Below, one piece after another: positions 46,284-56,043 of a stretch of 64,000 bases of DNA; the stretch's first letter is position 1, and the number at the start of each line of letters is the position of its first letter. Location: contig DASUAO010000054.1 in NCBI GenBank assembly GCA_035763745.1, positions 5,373-69,372 on the forward strand. Direction: 5' to 3'. The notes under the pieces are model-generated. The model was given only the letters and a program-made list of their open reading frames with translations, did no database searches and was not told the origin of the DNA. The DNA is from Acidimicrobiia bacterium. Lineage in GTDB: Bacteria; Actinomycetota; Acidimicrobiia; IMCC26256; PALSA-555. A program made the position numbers and the translations under genes.

Positions 46284-47408
46284 ATGAACATCGTCGAACG
46301 GCTCGGGATCGAGTTCCCGATCTTCGCCTTCTCCCACTGCCGCGACGTCGTCGCGGCGGTGAGCCGAGCCGGTGGCTACGGCGTGCTCGGCGCGCTCGCC
46401 TTCAGTCCGGACCAGCTCGAGATCGAGCTCACGTGGATCGACGAGCACGTCGACGGCAAGCCGTACGGGGTCGACATCGTCATGCCCGCGAAGTACGTGG
46501 GAAAGGGTGGAGGTGCCGAGGCGAGCCTCGCCAACCTCGAGTCGATGATCCCGGCGGAGCACCATCAGTTCGTCGACGAGCTGCTCGAGCAGCACGGGGT
46601 GCCACCGCTGCCGGCCGATCTCGACGCGCCGGTGAAGGCCGCCGGTCTGGGCGTCGACGAGGAGGGACCGGGTCAGGTCGAGGTCTCGCTCGCCCACGGC
46701 GCCAGCATGCTCGTCAACGCGCTCGGTCCGCCCCCGCCCGAGGTGATCGCCCAGGCCCACGAGCACGGCGTGCTCGTGGGCGCGCTCGCCGGCGCGCGGG
46801 TGCACGCCGAGCGTCAGGTCGCGATGGGTGTCGACGTGATCGTCGCGCAGGGCACCGAGGCCGGCGGCCACTGTGGCGACGTGTCCACGATGGTGCTGGT
46901 CCCCGAGATCGTCGACGCGGTCGGACCCGACGTACCGGTGCTCGCGGCGGGTGGCATCGGTACGGGGCGCCAGATGGCCGCTGCGCTCGCACTCGGTGCC
47001 CAGGGTGTGTGGACGGGATCGATCTGGCTCACCGTCGCCGAGGCCGACACGTCACCGGTCGTGGTGGAGAACCTGCTCGCGGCGGGCTCGCGTGACACGG
47101 TTCGCTCGCGGGCGATGACGGGCAAGCCGGCGCGCCAGCTCCGGACCGGGTGGACCGAGGCCTGGGAGCGGGAGGACACCCCCGACCCGCTGCCGATGCC
47201 GCTCCAGGGGATCCTCTACAGCGAGGCCGGGCGCCGGGTCACGCGCGCGAACAACAAGGACCTCGCCGGGTTCCCCGTGGGTCAGATCGTCGGTCGGATG
47301 AACGCCGTGCGCCCGACCCGCGACGTCATCTTCGACATGGTGCAGGAGTGGATCGAGACGACCGAGCGCCTCGGCTCGATGATCGCCGAAGGTCCGGCGG
47401 CCCGATGA
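46284..47408 (+). CDS. Nitronate monooxygenase family FMN oxidoreductase
   Basis: IEFPIFAFSH and GGIGTGRQMAAALALGAQGVWTGS. AGGAG lies upstream. Confidence 0.8.
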   Translation: MNIVERLGIEFPIFAFSHCRDVVAAVSRAGGYGVLGALAFSPDQLEIELTWIDEHVDGKPYGVDIVMPAKYVGKGGGAEASLANLESMIPAEHHQFVDELLEQHGVPPLPADLDAPVKAAGLGVDEEGPGQVEVSLAHGASMLVNALGPPPPEVIAQAHEHGVLVGALAGARVHAERQVAMGVDVIVAQGTEAGGHCGDVSTMVLVPEIVDAVGPDVPVLAAGGIGTGRQMAAALALGAQGVWTGSIWLTVAEADTSPVVVENLLAAGSRDTVRSRAMTGKPARQLRTGWTEAWEREDTPDPLPMPLQGILYSEAGRRVTRANNKDLAGFPVGQIVGRMNAVRPTRDVIFDMVQEWIETTERLGSMIAEGPAAR

Positions 47409-49021
47409 GCCGTCCCGTCCCGCGCCACTTCTCCCTCGGCGACCTCTTCGAGCTCGTCGCCGACACCGTGCCCGAACGCCTTGCGCTCGTCGCAGGGGAC
47501 GACCGGCGTACGTACGCCGAGCTCGACGATCGGTCGACCCGGCTCGCCAACCATCTCATGGCGAACGGCGTCGAGACGGGCGACAAGGTGGCGGTGTACT
47601 CGTGGAACCGCGCCGAGTGGATCGAATCGATGTTCGGGGCGTGGAAGGCACGCGCGGTCCCGATCAACGTGAACTACCGGTACGTGGCCGAGGAGCTGCG
47701 GTACCTGTTCGAGAACGCCGACGTGAAGGCGGTGATCTTCGAGCGGTCGTTCGCCCCGCTCGTCGCGGAGGTGGCACCCGACCTTCCCCTCCTCGAGCAC
47801 CGAATCGTCCTCGAGGACGGCTCACGTCCCGATGCGGCCGATGCCGACGCGACGGCTGCCATCGCCTACGAGGACGCGCTGGCGGCCGCGTCGCCGGAGC
47901 GGGCGGGGATCGAACGCTCCGCCGACGACCTCTACATGCTCTACACCGGCGGGACCACCGGGATGCCCAAGGGAGTGATGTGGCGGCAGGCGGACATCTT
48001 CTTCGCCGCCATGGGGGGCGGCGGCTTCGGCGAGCCGCCGATCCAGACGCCCGAGGAGATCGTCGAGCGGGTGAAGCCCGAGGACCAGCGCATGATCTCG
48101 ATGGCGCTCGCTCCCGTGATGCACGGCGCCGCGCAGTGGGGGTTGTGCATCACGCTCTTCGGCGGTGGCACGACGGTCCTGTACACCGGCCACCACTTCG
48201 ACCCGCACGAGGTGTGGAGGATCGTCGAAGCCGAGCGGGCGAACTCGGTCATGGTCGTCGGCGACGCGATGGCGCGCCCGCTCGCGGAGGCCCTCGCCGA
48301 GCCGGGCGCGGACTACGACACGTCGTCGGTGTTCACGGTCGGCTCGGGTGGCGCCGTCTTCTCGAAGGTGGTGCAGGACCAGCTGCGGGCCCAGCTCGGC
48401 GACGTGCTCATCATCGACACCTTCGGGGCTTCGGAGCTGGGTGCCGGCGGCAGCTCGCTCGGCGCCGACGAGGGCATGCGCTTCGCGGCCAACCCCTCGA
48501 TGACGGTGCTCGGCGAGGACCTGCGGCCGGTGGCCGCCGGTTCGGGCGAGCGGGGGCTGCTCGCTCGCCGCGGGCACATCCCCCTCGGCTACTACAAGGA
48601 CGAGGCCAAGACGGCCGCCACCTACGTCACCGATCCCGACGGGGTTCGCTGGGCGCTTCCCGGCGACTTCGCACTCCTGGAGGAGGACGGGAGCATCACG
48701 CTGCTGGGGCGGGGATCGGGGTGCATCAACACCGGCGGCGAGAAGGTGTACCCGGAGGAGGTCGAGGCCGCGCTCAAGAGCCACCCCGACGTGTTCGACG
48801 CGCTGGTGGTCGGCCTGCCCGATGACCGCTTCGGCGAGCGCGTGGCCGCGGTGGTCGCGACCCGGGAGGGGACGACGCCGTCGCCCGACGACATCGCGGC
48901 GCACTGCCGCACGAAGGTCGCGGGCTACAAGGTGCCCCGCGACGTCCGCTTCGCGGAGCAGATCGGGCGCACGCCCGCCGGGAAGCCCGACTACGGGTGG
49001 GCCAAGACCCTGTTCGCCTGA
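47405..49021 (+). CDS. Acyl-CoA synthetase (AMP-forming)
   Basis: The ATG overlaps the upstream stop. Motifs: YTGGTTGMPKGVMW and C-terminal GKPDY. Confidence 0.85.
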   Translation: MSRPVPRHFSLGDLFELVADTVPERLALVAGDDRRTYAELDDRSTRLANHLMANGVETGDKVAVYSWNRAEWIESMFGAWKARAVPINVNYRYVAEELRYLFENADVKAVIFERSFAPLVAEVAPDLPLLEHRIVLEDGSRPDAADADATAAIAYEDALAAASPERAGIERSADDLYMLYTGGTTGMPKGVMWRQADIFFAAMGGGGFGEPPIQTPEEIVERVKPEDQRMISMALAPVMHGAAQWGLCITLFGGGTTVLYTGHHFDPHEVWRIVEAERANSVMVVGDAMARPLAEALAEPGADYDTSSVFTVGSGGAVFSKVVQDQLRAQLGDVLIIDTFGASELGAGGSSLGADEGMRFAANPSMTVLGEDLRPVAAGSGERGLLARRGHIPLGYYKDEAKTAATYVTDPDGVRWALPGDFALLEEDGSITLLGRGSGCINTGGEKVYPEEVEAALKSHPDVFDALVVGLPDDRFGERVAAVVATREGTTPSPDDIAAHCRTKVAGYKVPRDVRFAEQIGRTPAGKPDYGWAKTLFA

Positions 49022-49025
49022 CGAC

Positions 49026-49856
49026 TCAACCCGGTGGGGTGGCGGGTCCCGATCCGTCGAGCGTCCTCACCGTGAGCCCGAGCTCGTCGATCAGGTCGAG
49101 GCTCACCGTCACCCGTCCCGTGAGGTCCGGCGGGCAGTCGCACAGCGCAATCGTCGCTTCGACCATCTCCTCCATCGACTCGGTGAGCTCGGGGGTGATC
49201 ACGTCACTCGCCACCGCGGCCGCGCCTTCGCTCATCACGGCCGCGCGCGGCTCCACTGTGTTGACGCGCACGCCCGATCCGGTCAGCTCGATCGCGAAGC
49301 CGTTGGTCAGCCGGTTCAGCGCCGCCTTCGACGAGCCATAGACCGCCATCGTGGCGATCCGCGCGGGGGTCGCGGCGGGATCGGCTGCGGGCCGCGCCGT
49401 CGCGCTCGACAGGTTCACGATCCATCCCTCGCCCCGGGCGAGCATCGGGGGCAGCACCTGCTGCATGAGATCGATCGGGGCGTGCACGTTGATCGAGTAG
49501 GTGAGGAGCCGCCGCTTCAGCGGGTAGTCCACGAGCGGCATGTACATCGCGGCCGCCGCGTTGTTCACCAGCACCTCGACGGGTCCGCCCAGACCGGCTT
49601 CGGCTTCGGGAACGATACGTGCCCGGTCGTCGGGATCCGAGAGGTCGGCCACGATCAACGTCGGGGCCGTCCCGACTGCATCGATGCGCTCGGCGACCTC
49701 GCGAAGGCTTCCCGGGAGCGTCGGGTGCCGGTCGAGCGTACGTGCGGTGATCGCGACGGATGCACCTTCTGCGGCGAGCCGGAGCGCGACCGCGGCGCCG
49801 ATGCCCCGGCTCGAGCCGGTCACGAGCGCGCGGCGGCCCGAGAAGCGACCAGTCAC
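49026..49856 (-). CDS. SDR family oxidoreductase
   Basis: LVTGSSRGIGAAVA and YGSSKAAL. Confidence 0.8.
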   Translation of the reverse strand: MTGRFSGRRALVTGSSRGIGAAVALRLAAEGASVAITARTLDRHPTLPGSLREVAERIDAVGTAPTLIVADLSDPDDRARIVPEAEAGLGGPVEVLVNNAAAAMYMPLVDYPLKRRLLTYSINVHAPIDLMQQVLPPMLARGEGWIVNLSSATARPAADPAATPARIATMAVYGSSKAALNRLTNGFAIELTGSGVRVNTVEPRAAVMSEGAAAVASDVITPELTESMEEMVEATIALCDCPPDLTGRVTVSLDLIDELGLTVRTLDGSGPATPPG

Positions 49857-49872
49857 GGCGTCGCCACCGCGC

Positions 49873-51105
49873 TCATCGGGCCGCCAGGAACGCGTCGGCG
49901 GTCGCGCAGACGTAGTCGACGTCGTCGTCGTCCATCGCGTGGTTCGACGGGAGCACGAGTCCCTGTTCCATCACCCGGTCGGCGTTGGGGAGCCCCTCGC
50001 CGGCCACCCGGTGGGTGATGTCCTTGAACCCCGGTTGGCGGAGGGCGTTGCCGGTCCACACCATCCGGGTGTCGACACCGTTGCGCTCCATGTGTTGCTG
50101 GAAGTCAGCCCGCCGCACGCCGCTCTCGGGCCGGACGAGCACGGGGAAGAGGTGCCACGCGGTGTCGAGGCCCGCGAGGGTGCGGGGGAGTGTGAACACG
50201 TCGGGGTGGGTCGCGAAGTGGGCTCGGAGGCGGTCGTGGTTGTGCTGGCGCCGGGCCAGGTTGTCGGGAAGCTTCCGCAGCTGCACGAGCCCGAACGCCG
50301 CGCTCACCTCGGAAGGCTCGAAGTTCCAGCCGACCTCGTCGAAGATGAAGAGGTTGTCGTACTCGAGGCCGTCGACGTCGGAGAAGAAGCGGGTGTCGAC
50401 ACCGCGCCGGGAACCGAACAGCTGGGGCTCTGACCGACGGCCCCAGCGGCGGAGCAGGAGGCAGCGATCGAGGAGGTCGTCGTCGTCGAGCAGGACCATG
50501 CCGCCGGTGCCCATCGCCGTGATGATGTGCGACAGCGCGAAGCTGGTGACGCTGATGTCGGAGCGGGTTCCGGTCGGCGTGCCGTGGAGGGTCGAGCCGA
50601 GGGCATCGCACGAGTCCTCCACGACGGCGAGGCCGTGCGCATCGGCGATCCCACGGATGACGTCCCAGTCGGGCGCGTTGCCGATCAGGTTGGGTGCGAG
50701 GATCGCCTTGGTCCGCGGTCCGATGGCGGACTCGATCTGGTCCACGTCGAGGTTGAACGTGTCGGGCTCGACGTCCACGAACACCGGCACGAGGCCGGCG
50801 CGGACCATCGGCGCCAGGTCGGTCGAGAAGGTCACCGGCGAGGTGATGATCTCGTCGCCCGGCTCGAGCGCGAGGAGCTCCACCGCGAGGTAGAGGGCGG
50901 ACGAGCCGGAGTTGCACATCACGCCCCGCCGCTTGCCGAAGAGCTCGGCAACCTGGGACTCGAACGCGCGCACGTTGCGCCCGATCCGCAGGGCGGTTGC
51001 GCCACCACGCAACACCTCGACGACGGCGTCGATCTCCTCCTCGTCGTGGACGCTGCCGGCGTACTCGATGCGCCGGGCGGGAACGGTGGGGGTCGGGTCG
51101 GTCAC
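49873..51105 (-). CDS. DegT/DnrJ/EryC1/StrS family PLP enzyme (RfbH-like sugar aminotransferase/dehydrase)
   Basis: GTG at 51105. RIEYAGSVHDEEEIDAVVEVL and NSGSSALYLA, with the fold-type I sugar aminotransferase pattern. Confidence 0.7.
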   Translation of the reverse strand: MTDPTPTVPARRIEYAGSVHDEEEIDAVVEVLRGGATALRIGRNVRAFESQVAELFGKRRGVMCNSGSSALYLAVELLALEPGDEIITSPVTFSTDLAPMVRAGLVPVFVDVEPDTFNLDVDQIESAIGPRTKAILAPNLIGNAPDWDVIRGIADAHGLAVVEDSCDALGSTLHGTPTGTRSDISVTSFALSHIITAMGTGGMVLLDDDDLLDRCLLLRRWGRRSEPQLFGSRRGVDTRFFSDVDGLEYDNLFIFDEVGWNFEPSEVSAAFGLVQLRKLPDNLARRQHNHDRLRAHFATHPDVFTLPRTLAGLDTAWHLFPVLVRPESGVRRADFQQHMERNGVDTRMVWTGNALRQPGFKDITHRVAGEGLPNADRVMEQGLVLPSNHAMDDDDVDYVCATADAFLAAR

Positions 51106-51293
51106 GCCGGACACCGTAGGTCGGCCAGACTGGGCCCGTGGAGGAGACCGCCGCCGACTTGCTCGAGCTCCAGACCCTGGTCGACGAGAGCCACGCGAGG
51201 GCCGGAGCGCACCTGCGGAGCGCTCGCGGACGGTCCGCCCGCCCGGGATCCGTACGCACCGACCGCGCCAGGACGCGAGGAAGGGGAGCACGA

Positions 51294-51806
51294 ATGAGCC
51301 CAATGACGCCCGACGCGAACGAGCTCGCCGAGCTCGAGGCCCGCCGCGCGGAGCTGCGCGCCCGGCATCTCCTCCCGCGCGACGAGCGGGCCGAGAGCGC
51401 CGCCAGGGGCGTGCACCACGTGGCGCTACTGTGCGCCGACGTCGAGCGGACCATCGACTTCTACCAGGGCCTGCTCGAGTTCCCGCTCACGGACCTCTTC
51501 GAGAACCGTGACTACCCGGGTTCGACGCACTTCTTCTTCGACATCGGCAACGGGAACGGGCTGGCGTTCTTCGACTTCCCGGGGCTCGACCTCGGTCCCT
51601 ACGCCGAGGTGCTGGGCGGTCTGCATCATCTGGCCCTCTCGGTCCCGCCCCATCGATGGGCGCAACTGCGGGCCAAGCTCGACGCTGCCGGTGTCCCCGT
51701 GCAGAGCATCAGCGGGTCGTCGCTGTACTTCTCCGACCCGGACGGCGTGCGGCTCGAGCTCATCAGCGATCCGCTCGGCGAGATGTACGGATCGCCGGTT
51801 CTGTGA
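51294..51806 (+). CDS. VOC (glyoxalase/bleomycin resistance/dioxygenase) family protein
   Basis: HHVALLCADVERTIDFYQGLLEF and LHHLALSV. AAGGGGAG lies upstream. Confidence 0.75.
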   Translation: MSPMTPDANELAELEARRAELRARHLLPRDERAESAARGVHHVALLCADVERTIDFYQGLLEFPLTDLFENRDYPGSTHFFFDIGNGNGLAFFDFPGLDLGPYAEVLGGLHHLALSVPPHRWAQLRAKLDAAGVPVQSISGSSLYFSDPDGVRLELISDPLGEMYGSPVL

Positions 51807-51862
51807 GTGCCGGTCCTGTGAGCCGCCCCCAGGATGAGGAGGCCCTGGCTGAGAGCCGGATC

Positions 51863-52765
51863 ATGCGCCTGGTCGTGCTTGCCTTCGTATGCCTCGCGCT
51901 CGTGGCGGTGTTGTACGTCATCGCCGTCCACACGTCGCAGGGGCAGAGGATCGACGACGCTGCGGTCGACGGCCGCACGCTTCGCCCGTCCGTGCTGCAG
52001 GCGACGGACCGGGTGCTCAACACGATCAGCGTCGCGTCGCTCGCGCTCGGCGGGTTGGCGGTGATGCTCGTCGCCCTGGTGCGGGAGCGTCTGCACCTCG
52101 CGCTCGCGGCGGGGGTCGTGATCGTGGGAGCGAACGTCACCACGCAGATCCTCAAGACAGGGATCCTGGACCGGCCGGACCTCGTCGGTCCGACGGATCC
52201 GATCGGCGTCATGAACAGCTTCCCCAGCGGGCACTCGACGGTGGCGATGTCGCTCGCAGTCGCCTTGGTGCTCGTCGTCCCGACGGCTGCGCGAGTGCTC
52301 GCCGCCGGCTGGGGCATCGTCTACGCAACGCTCGTGGGCGCGGGCACCGTCACGGCGGGATGGCACCGGCCGAGCGATGTGGTGGCTGCGTACCTGATCG
52401 TCATGGCCTGGGCCGGGATCTCGGTCGCAGTGTTGATCAGTCGGGAGGGCGCGGTGCCGGATCCGGGCTCCCGGTCCCGGTTCGCGGCGCGTGCCCCGTC
52501 GGCGTCGCCGTTCCTCGTCGGAACGGGCGTCGGTGCGCTCGTGGGCGCGCTCGCCGGGGTCGCGGTGACGCTCGTCGCGACCCGCCAGAGCGATCTGGAT
52601 GCGGTGCGTCTGAGCGCGGCGTACGCGGCGTCGATCGTGACGATCGCAGCCTGCGCGCTCGTGCTGATGGTCGTCCTGATGTGGATCCTGCGGGGCGTGG
52701 CACTGGATCAGCCCACCCACGTCAGCCGAGCAGCACCCCGAGGAACAGCGCAGCCAGCGCGCTGA
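51863..52765 (+). CDS. PAP2 superfamily phosphatase, membrane protein
   Basis: SFPSGHSTVAMS and GWHRPSDVV motifs, with multiple TM segments. Confidence 0.75.
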   Translation: MRLVVLAFVCLALVAVLYVIAVHTSQGQRIDDAAVDGRTLRPSVLQATDRVLNTISVASLALGGLAVMLVALVRERLHLALAAGVVIVGANVTTQILKTGILDRPDLVGPTDPIGVMNSFPSGHSTVAMSLAVALVLVVPTAARVLAAGWGIVYATLVGAGTVTAGWHRPSDVVAAYLIVMAWAGISVAVLISREGAVPDPGSRSRFAARAPSASPFLVGTGVGALVGALAGVAVTLVATRQSDLDAVRLSAAYAASIVTIAACALVLMVVLMWILRGVALDQPTHVSRAAPRGTAQPAR

Positions 52766-53120
52766 TCCCGCTCAGCGCCCCGAAGACCGCGAGCCACGTC
52801 TTGGTTCGCGCGATCGAGTGGAGGAACGCGGTGACTCCGGAGATCGCGACGACGGTGATCTTGATCATCACGGTCCGGCCGTAGCTGCTCGAGAAGTCGG
52901 GGTCGACGGCGAGGATGTTCCAGATCCCGGTGATCACCAGCACGCCGTAGGCGGGCCACGCGATGCGGTTGAAGCGTCGGGCCACGGTACGTGGGGCGTC
53001 GGGGCCGAGCGCGCGCAGCCCCGGGACGAGACCGGCCAGGGTCAGCTGGCCCCCGACCCAGACCGTGGCGGCCACGACGTGGAGGAAGACTCGAACGGTC
53101 GCCCAGGTGGTCGGGAGCAC
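52722..53120 (-). CDS. Integral membrane protein, function unknown (4 TM)
   Basis: 132-aa hydrophobic ORF with high third-position GC. Its convergent overlap with the PAP2 gene 3' end is 44 nt. Confidence 0.6.
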   Translation of the reverse strand: MLPTTWATVRVFLHVVAATVWVGGQLTLAGLVPGLRALGPDAPRTVARRFNRIAWPAYGVLVITGIWNILAVDPDFSSSYGRTVMIKITVVAISGVTAFLHSIARTKTWLAVFGALSGISALAALFLGVLLG

Positions 53121-53158
53121 GGGCAGACACGGTAGATGGGTCCGGTAGGGTCGGACGA

Positions 53159-53878
53159 ATGGACGGTGAGGCGACCCCTGAGCGTGTGCTCATCATCACT
53201 GCGCACCCCGACGACGTCGACTTCGGCGCCGCCGGGAGTGTCGCCACGTGGACCGACGCCGGGATCGACGTCACCTACTGCATCGTCACCGACGGCGACG
53301 CGGGCGGCTTCGACCGCGCCGTCGCCCGCCACGTGATGGCCGAGACCCGCCGCGCCGAGCAGACGGCCGCGGCGAAGACGGTCGGCGTGACCGACCTGGT
53401 GTTCCTCGGCTACCCCGACGGCCGCCTCGAGGCCACCCTCGACCTACGACGCGACATCTCGCGCGTCATCCGCCAGGTGCGCCCCGACCGGGTGGTGACC
53501 CAGTCGCCCCAGCGCAACTTCCAGCGCATCTACGCGAGCCACCCCGACCACCTGGCGGCCGGGGAAGCGGCGTTGTGCGCCGTGTACCCGGACGCTCGCA
53601 ACCCGTTCGCCCACGTCGAGCTGCTGGAGGACGAGGGGCTCGAGCCGTGGTCGGCTCCCGAGGTGTGGCTGATGGCCGATCCCAACCCCGACCGGTTCGT
53701 CGACATCACCGACGTCGTGGATCGCAAGCTCGACGCGCTGCGCTGCCACGTGAGCCAGCACCCCGATCCCGACGCCCTCGACGGCATGATCCGCGGGTGG
53801 AGCACGATGGTCGGCGAGCTCGCCGGCTTCCCGGAGGGACACCTCGCCGAGGGCTACCTCTGCGTCCACACCGCCTGA
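53159..53878 (+). CDS. PIG-L / LmbE family deacetylase
   Basis: VLIITAHPDDVDFGAAG and HPDH motifs. Confidence 0.8.
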   Translation: MDGEATPERVLIITAHPDDVDFGAAGSVATWTDAGIDVTYCIVTDGDAGGFDRAVARHVMAETRRAEQTAAAKTVGVTDLVFLGYPDGRLEATLDLRRDISRVIRQVRPDRVVTQSPQRNFQRIYASHPDHLAAGEAALCAVYPDARNPFAHVELLEDEGLEPWSAPEVWLMADPNPDRFVDITDVVDRKLDALRCHVSQHPDPDALDGMIRGWSTMVGELAGFPEGHLAEGYLCVHTA

Positions 53879-53919
53879 CGCCGCGGCGCGATGGTCGAGA
53901 ACCCGAGCAACCACGGTCC

Positions 53920-53962
53920 TGCGTCTCTCACCCCGCCATAGGCGGGTGAGAGACGCATCAAG
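53920..53962. repeat. Hairpin repeat element, copy A
   Basis: TGCGTCTCTCACCCCGCC-ATA-GGCGGGTGAGAGACGCATCAAG, a 16-bp stem with one bulged C. It lies between the convergent PIG-L and ADH genes. Confidence 0.9.
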
Positions 53963-53972
53963 AGCTGCGGGG

Positions 53973-55049
53973 TCAGGCGATGACGCTGCGGATGACCTCG
54001 CCGGCCTCCATGGCGCGGAAGCCCTCGTTGATCTCGTCCAGCGTGATCGTGCGGCTCACCATGTCGCCGACGTCGAGGCGGCCCGTCTCGATGAGCCCGA
54101 TGAGCCGGGGGAAGTCCCGGCGCACCTGGGCCGAGCCGTACACGCACCCGAGCAGGCGCTTCTCCTGGAGGACGAGCGGGAACGTCGGGATCGACACGGA
54201 CTGGTCGGAGCGGGGGACACCCACGGCGATCGTCGTGCCGCCGGCGCGGGTCGCCAGGAACGCCTGCGTGATGAGGTCGGTGTTCCCGATCACCTCGAAC
54301 ACGTAGTCGGCGCCTCGTCCGCCGGTGAGCCCCATCACCTGACCGGCGAGGTCGCCGTCGGCCGGGTCGATCACGTCTGTCGCCCCGAGCTTGAGTGCCG
54401 TGTCTCGCTTGAGCGCCACCGTGTCGACGGCCACGATCCGGGCGGCACCCGCGATGCGGGCACCCTGGATCACGGCCTGGCCGACGCCGCCGCAGCCGAT
54501 CACGACCACGAACGAGCCCGGCTTCACCTCCGCGGTGTTGAGCGCGGCGCCCACGCCGGTCGTCACGCCGCAGCCGATCAGCGCGAGCTGGTCGTCGGGG
54601 AGGTCGGTCTCGACCTTCACCACCGACATCTCGTCGACGATCATCTGCTCGGCGAAGGTGCCGAGCCCCGTCATCGCGGGGAGCATCGTGCCGTCGCCAC
54701 GGGTCGCCCGCGGGTTCATCATCACCGTGTAGGTGTTCTCGCAGAGGTTCGACTGGTCGTTGAGACAGAACCAGCAGATCCCGCAGGCCGGGATGAACGA
54801 GCCGATGACCCGGTCGCCGACCTGCACCCGGGAGACCTCGGGGCCGACGTGCTCGACGATGCCTGCGCCCTCGTGGCCGAGGATGGCGGGAGGCGGCATG
54901 GGCAGCGAGCCGTCCATCACCGAGAGGTCGGAGTGGCACAGGCCGCTCGCAGTCACCCGCACGACCACGTCACGGGGGCCGGGGTCGGTGGGCGTGACGT
55001 CCTCGATGGAGAGGGGGCCGTTCAGCTCGGTGAAGACGGCGGCGCGCAT
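53973..55049 (-). CDS. Zinc-dependent alcohol dehydrogenase family protein
   Basis: GLCHSDLSV, GHEGAGIVEHVG and GCGGVGQAV. Confidence 0.85.
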   Translation of the reverse strand: MRAAVFTELNGPLSIEDVTPTDPGPRDVVVRVTASGLCHSDLSVMDGSLPMPPPAILGHEGAGIVEHVGPEVSRVQVGDRVIGSFIPACGICWFCLNDQSNLCENTYTVMMNPRATRGDGTMLPAMTGLGTFAEQMIVDEMSVVKVETDLPDDQLALIGCGVTTGVGAALNTAEVKPGSFVVVIGCGGVGQAVIQGARIAGAARIVAVDTVALKRDTALKLGATDVIDPADGDLAGQVMGLTGGRGADYVFEVIGNTDLITQAFLATRAGGTTIAVGVPRSDQSVSIPTFPLVLQEKRLLGCVYGSAQVRRDFPRLIGLIETGRLDVGDMVSRTITLDEINEGFRAMEAGEVIRSVIA

Positions 55050-55122
55050 GCTGAGTCCTTTGCGGGAGACGGTGGGAGCGGACGTTCAGGAGTCCGGGGA
55101 GGACGCTACCGCGAGCGCGGCC

Positions 55123-56022
55123 TCAGTGACGAGGGCGCCAGGGGTGCACGGCGAGGCCCGGCGTGGGCATGCCCTCCCAGGCGACGAGCGTCCCCGGGAC
55201 GCCGTCGGTGGCGAAGAGGGTGCGCCCGTCGAGGCCGCCGAAGCAGCAGTTCGTCGTGACGCCGGTGCCCGGCAGGGCGAGGAACTCCACCTCGGTGCCG
55301 TCGGGGTCGAGGACCCGGACGCCGTGGTCGGCCGTGTTCGCCGCGTAGATCCGGCCGTCGGCATCGAGGCAGATCCCGTCGCCCGACGAGGCCCCGAGCC
55401 GTTTGGTGACCCACTCGCGCCCTCCGCTCCCGTCGGCTGCCATCCGCACGAGCCCCTGGGCCTCGACCACGACGAGCGTGCCGCCCGGCTCCAGGGCGAT
55501 CCCGTTGCAGTAGTGGAACCCGTCGGCGACCACCGACGTCGTGCCGTCGGGGTCCATGCGATGCACGGTCCCCACCGGGTCGGCCGGGGGCGGGAAGTGC
55601 GGCGGGTCGGTGAACCACATGACCCCGTCGTCACGCACCACCAGGTCGTTCGGGGCGAGGAAGCCGTCGTCGGCGAGGTACTCGGCCGAGCCGTCCGGGT
55701 ACACGCGCTGGATGCCCGGGGTGACGGGACGGTAGGGCGGTGGCGGGTCGAACATCCCGGGCGCCCGGGCGGCGAAGTCGATCCCGCCGTTCTGGGTGAC
55801 GAGGAACCCCCCGTCGGTCACCGGCCACGCGGCGTTCGCCCCGCCGCCGACATCGGCCACCCGTGTGACGGTCCCCGTCGCGAGGTCGATCCGTTCGAGC
55901 GCACCGTCGGCGACCGACGTGCAGACGATCGATCCCGCCTCGACCGTCCCGTGCGCGGGAGGACACCACACCGGGCCCTCCGGGAAGTGGATCCCGGTCG
56001 CGACGACTTCGGCGTCAGGCAC
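55123..56022 (-). CDS. SMP-30/gluconolactonase/LRE family protein
   Basis: 299-aa beta-propeller-like sequence with FPEGPVW and repeated PNDLVV / GDGICLD patterns. Confidence 0.7.
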   Translation of the reverse strand: MPDAEVVATGIHFPEGPVWCPPAHGTVEAGSIVCTSVADGALERIDLATGTVTRVADVGGGANAAWPVTDGGFLVTQNGGIDFAARAPGMFDPPPPYRPVTPGIQRVYPDGSAEYLADDGFLAPNDLVVRDDGVMWFTDPPHFPPPADPVGTVHRMDPDGTTSVVADGFHYCNGIALEPGGTLVVVEAQGLVRMAADGSGGREWVTKRLGASSGDGICLDADGRIYAANTADHGVRVLDPDGTEVEFLALPGTGVTTNCCFGGLDGRTLFATDGVPGTLVAWEGMPTPGLAVHPWRPRH

Positions 56023-56043
56023 GGTGCACGCGGTCGACGCGGT

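Noticed and set aside
53920-53962. Short peptide similarity (MRLSPAYGGV / MRLSPALGGV / MRCSPAHGGV) among ORF tails at 53.9, 57.1 and 57.9 kb, which could suggest a repeated micro-gene
   Set aside because: The similarity is produced by translating the three copies of the palindromic hairpin repeat. The copies occur in both orientations, and the paired stem substitutions point to nucleic-acid structure rather than coding.
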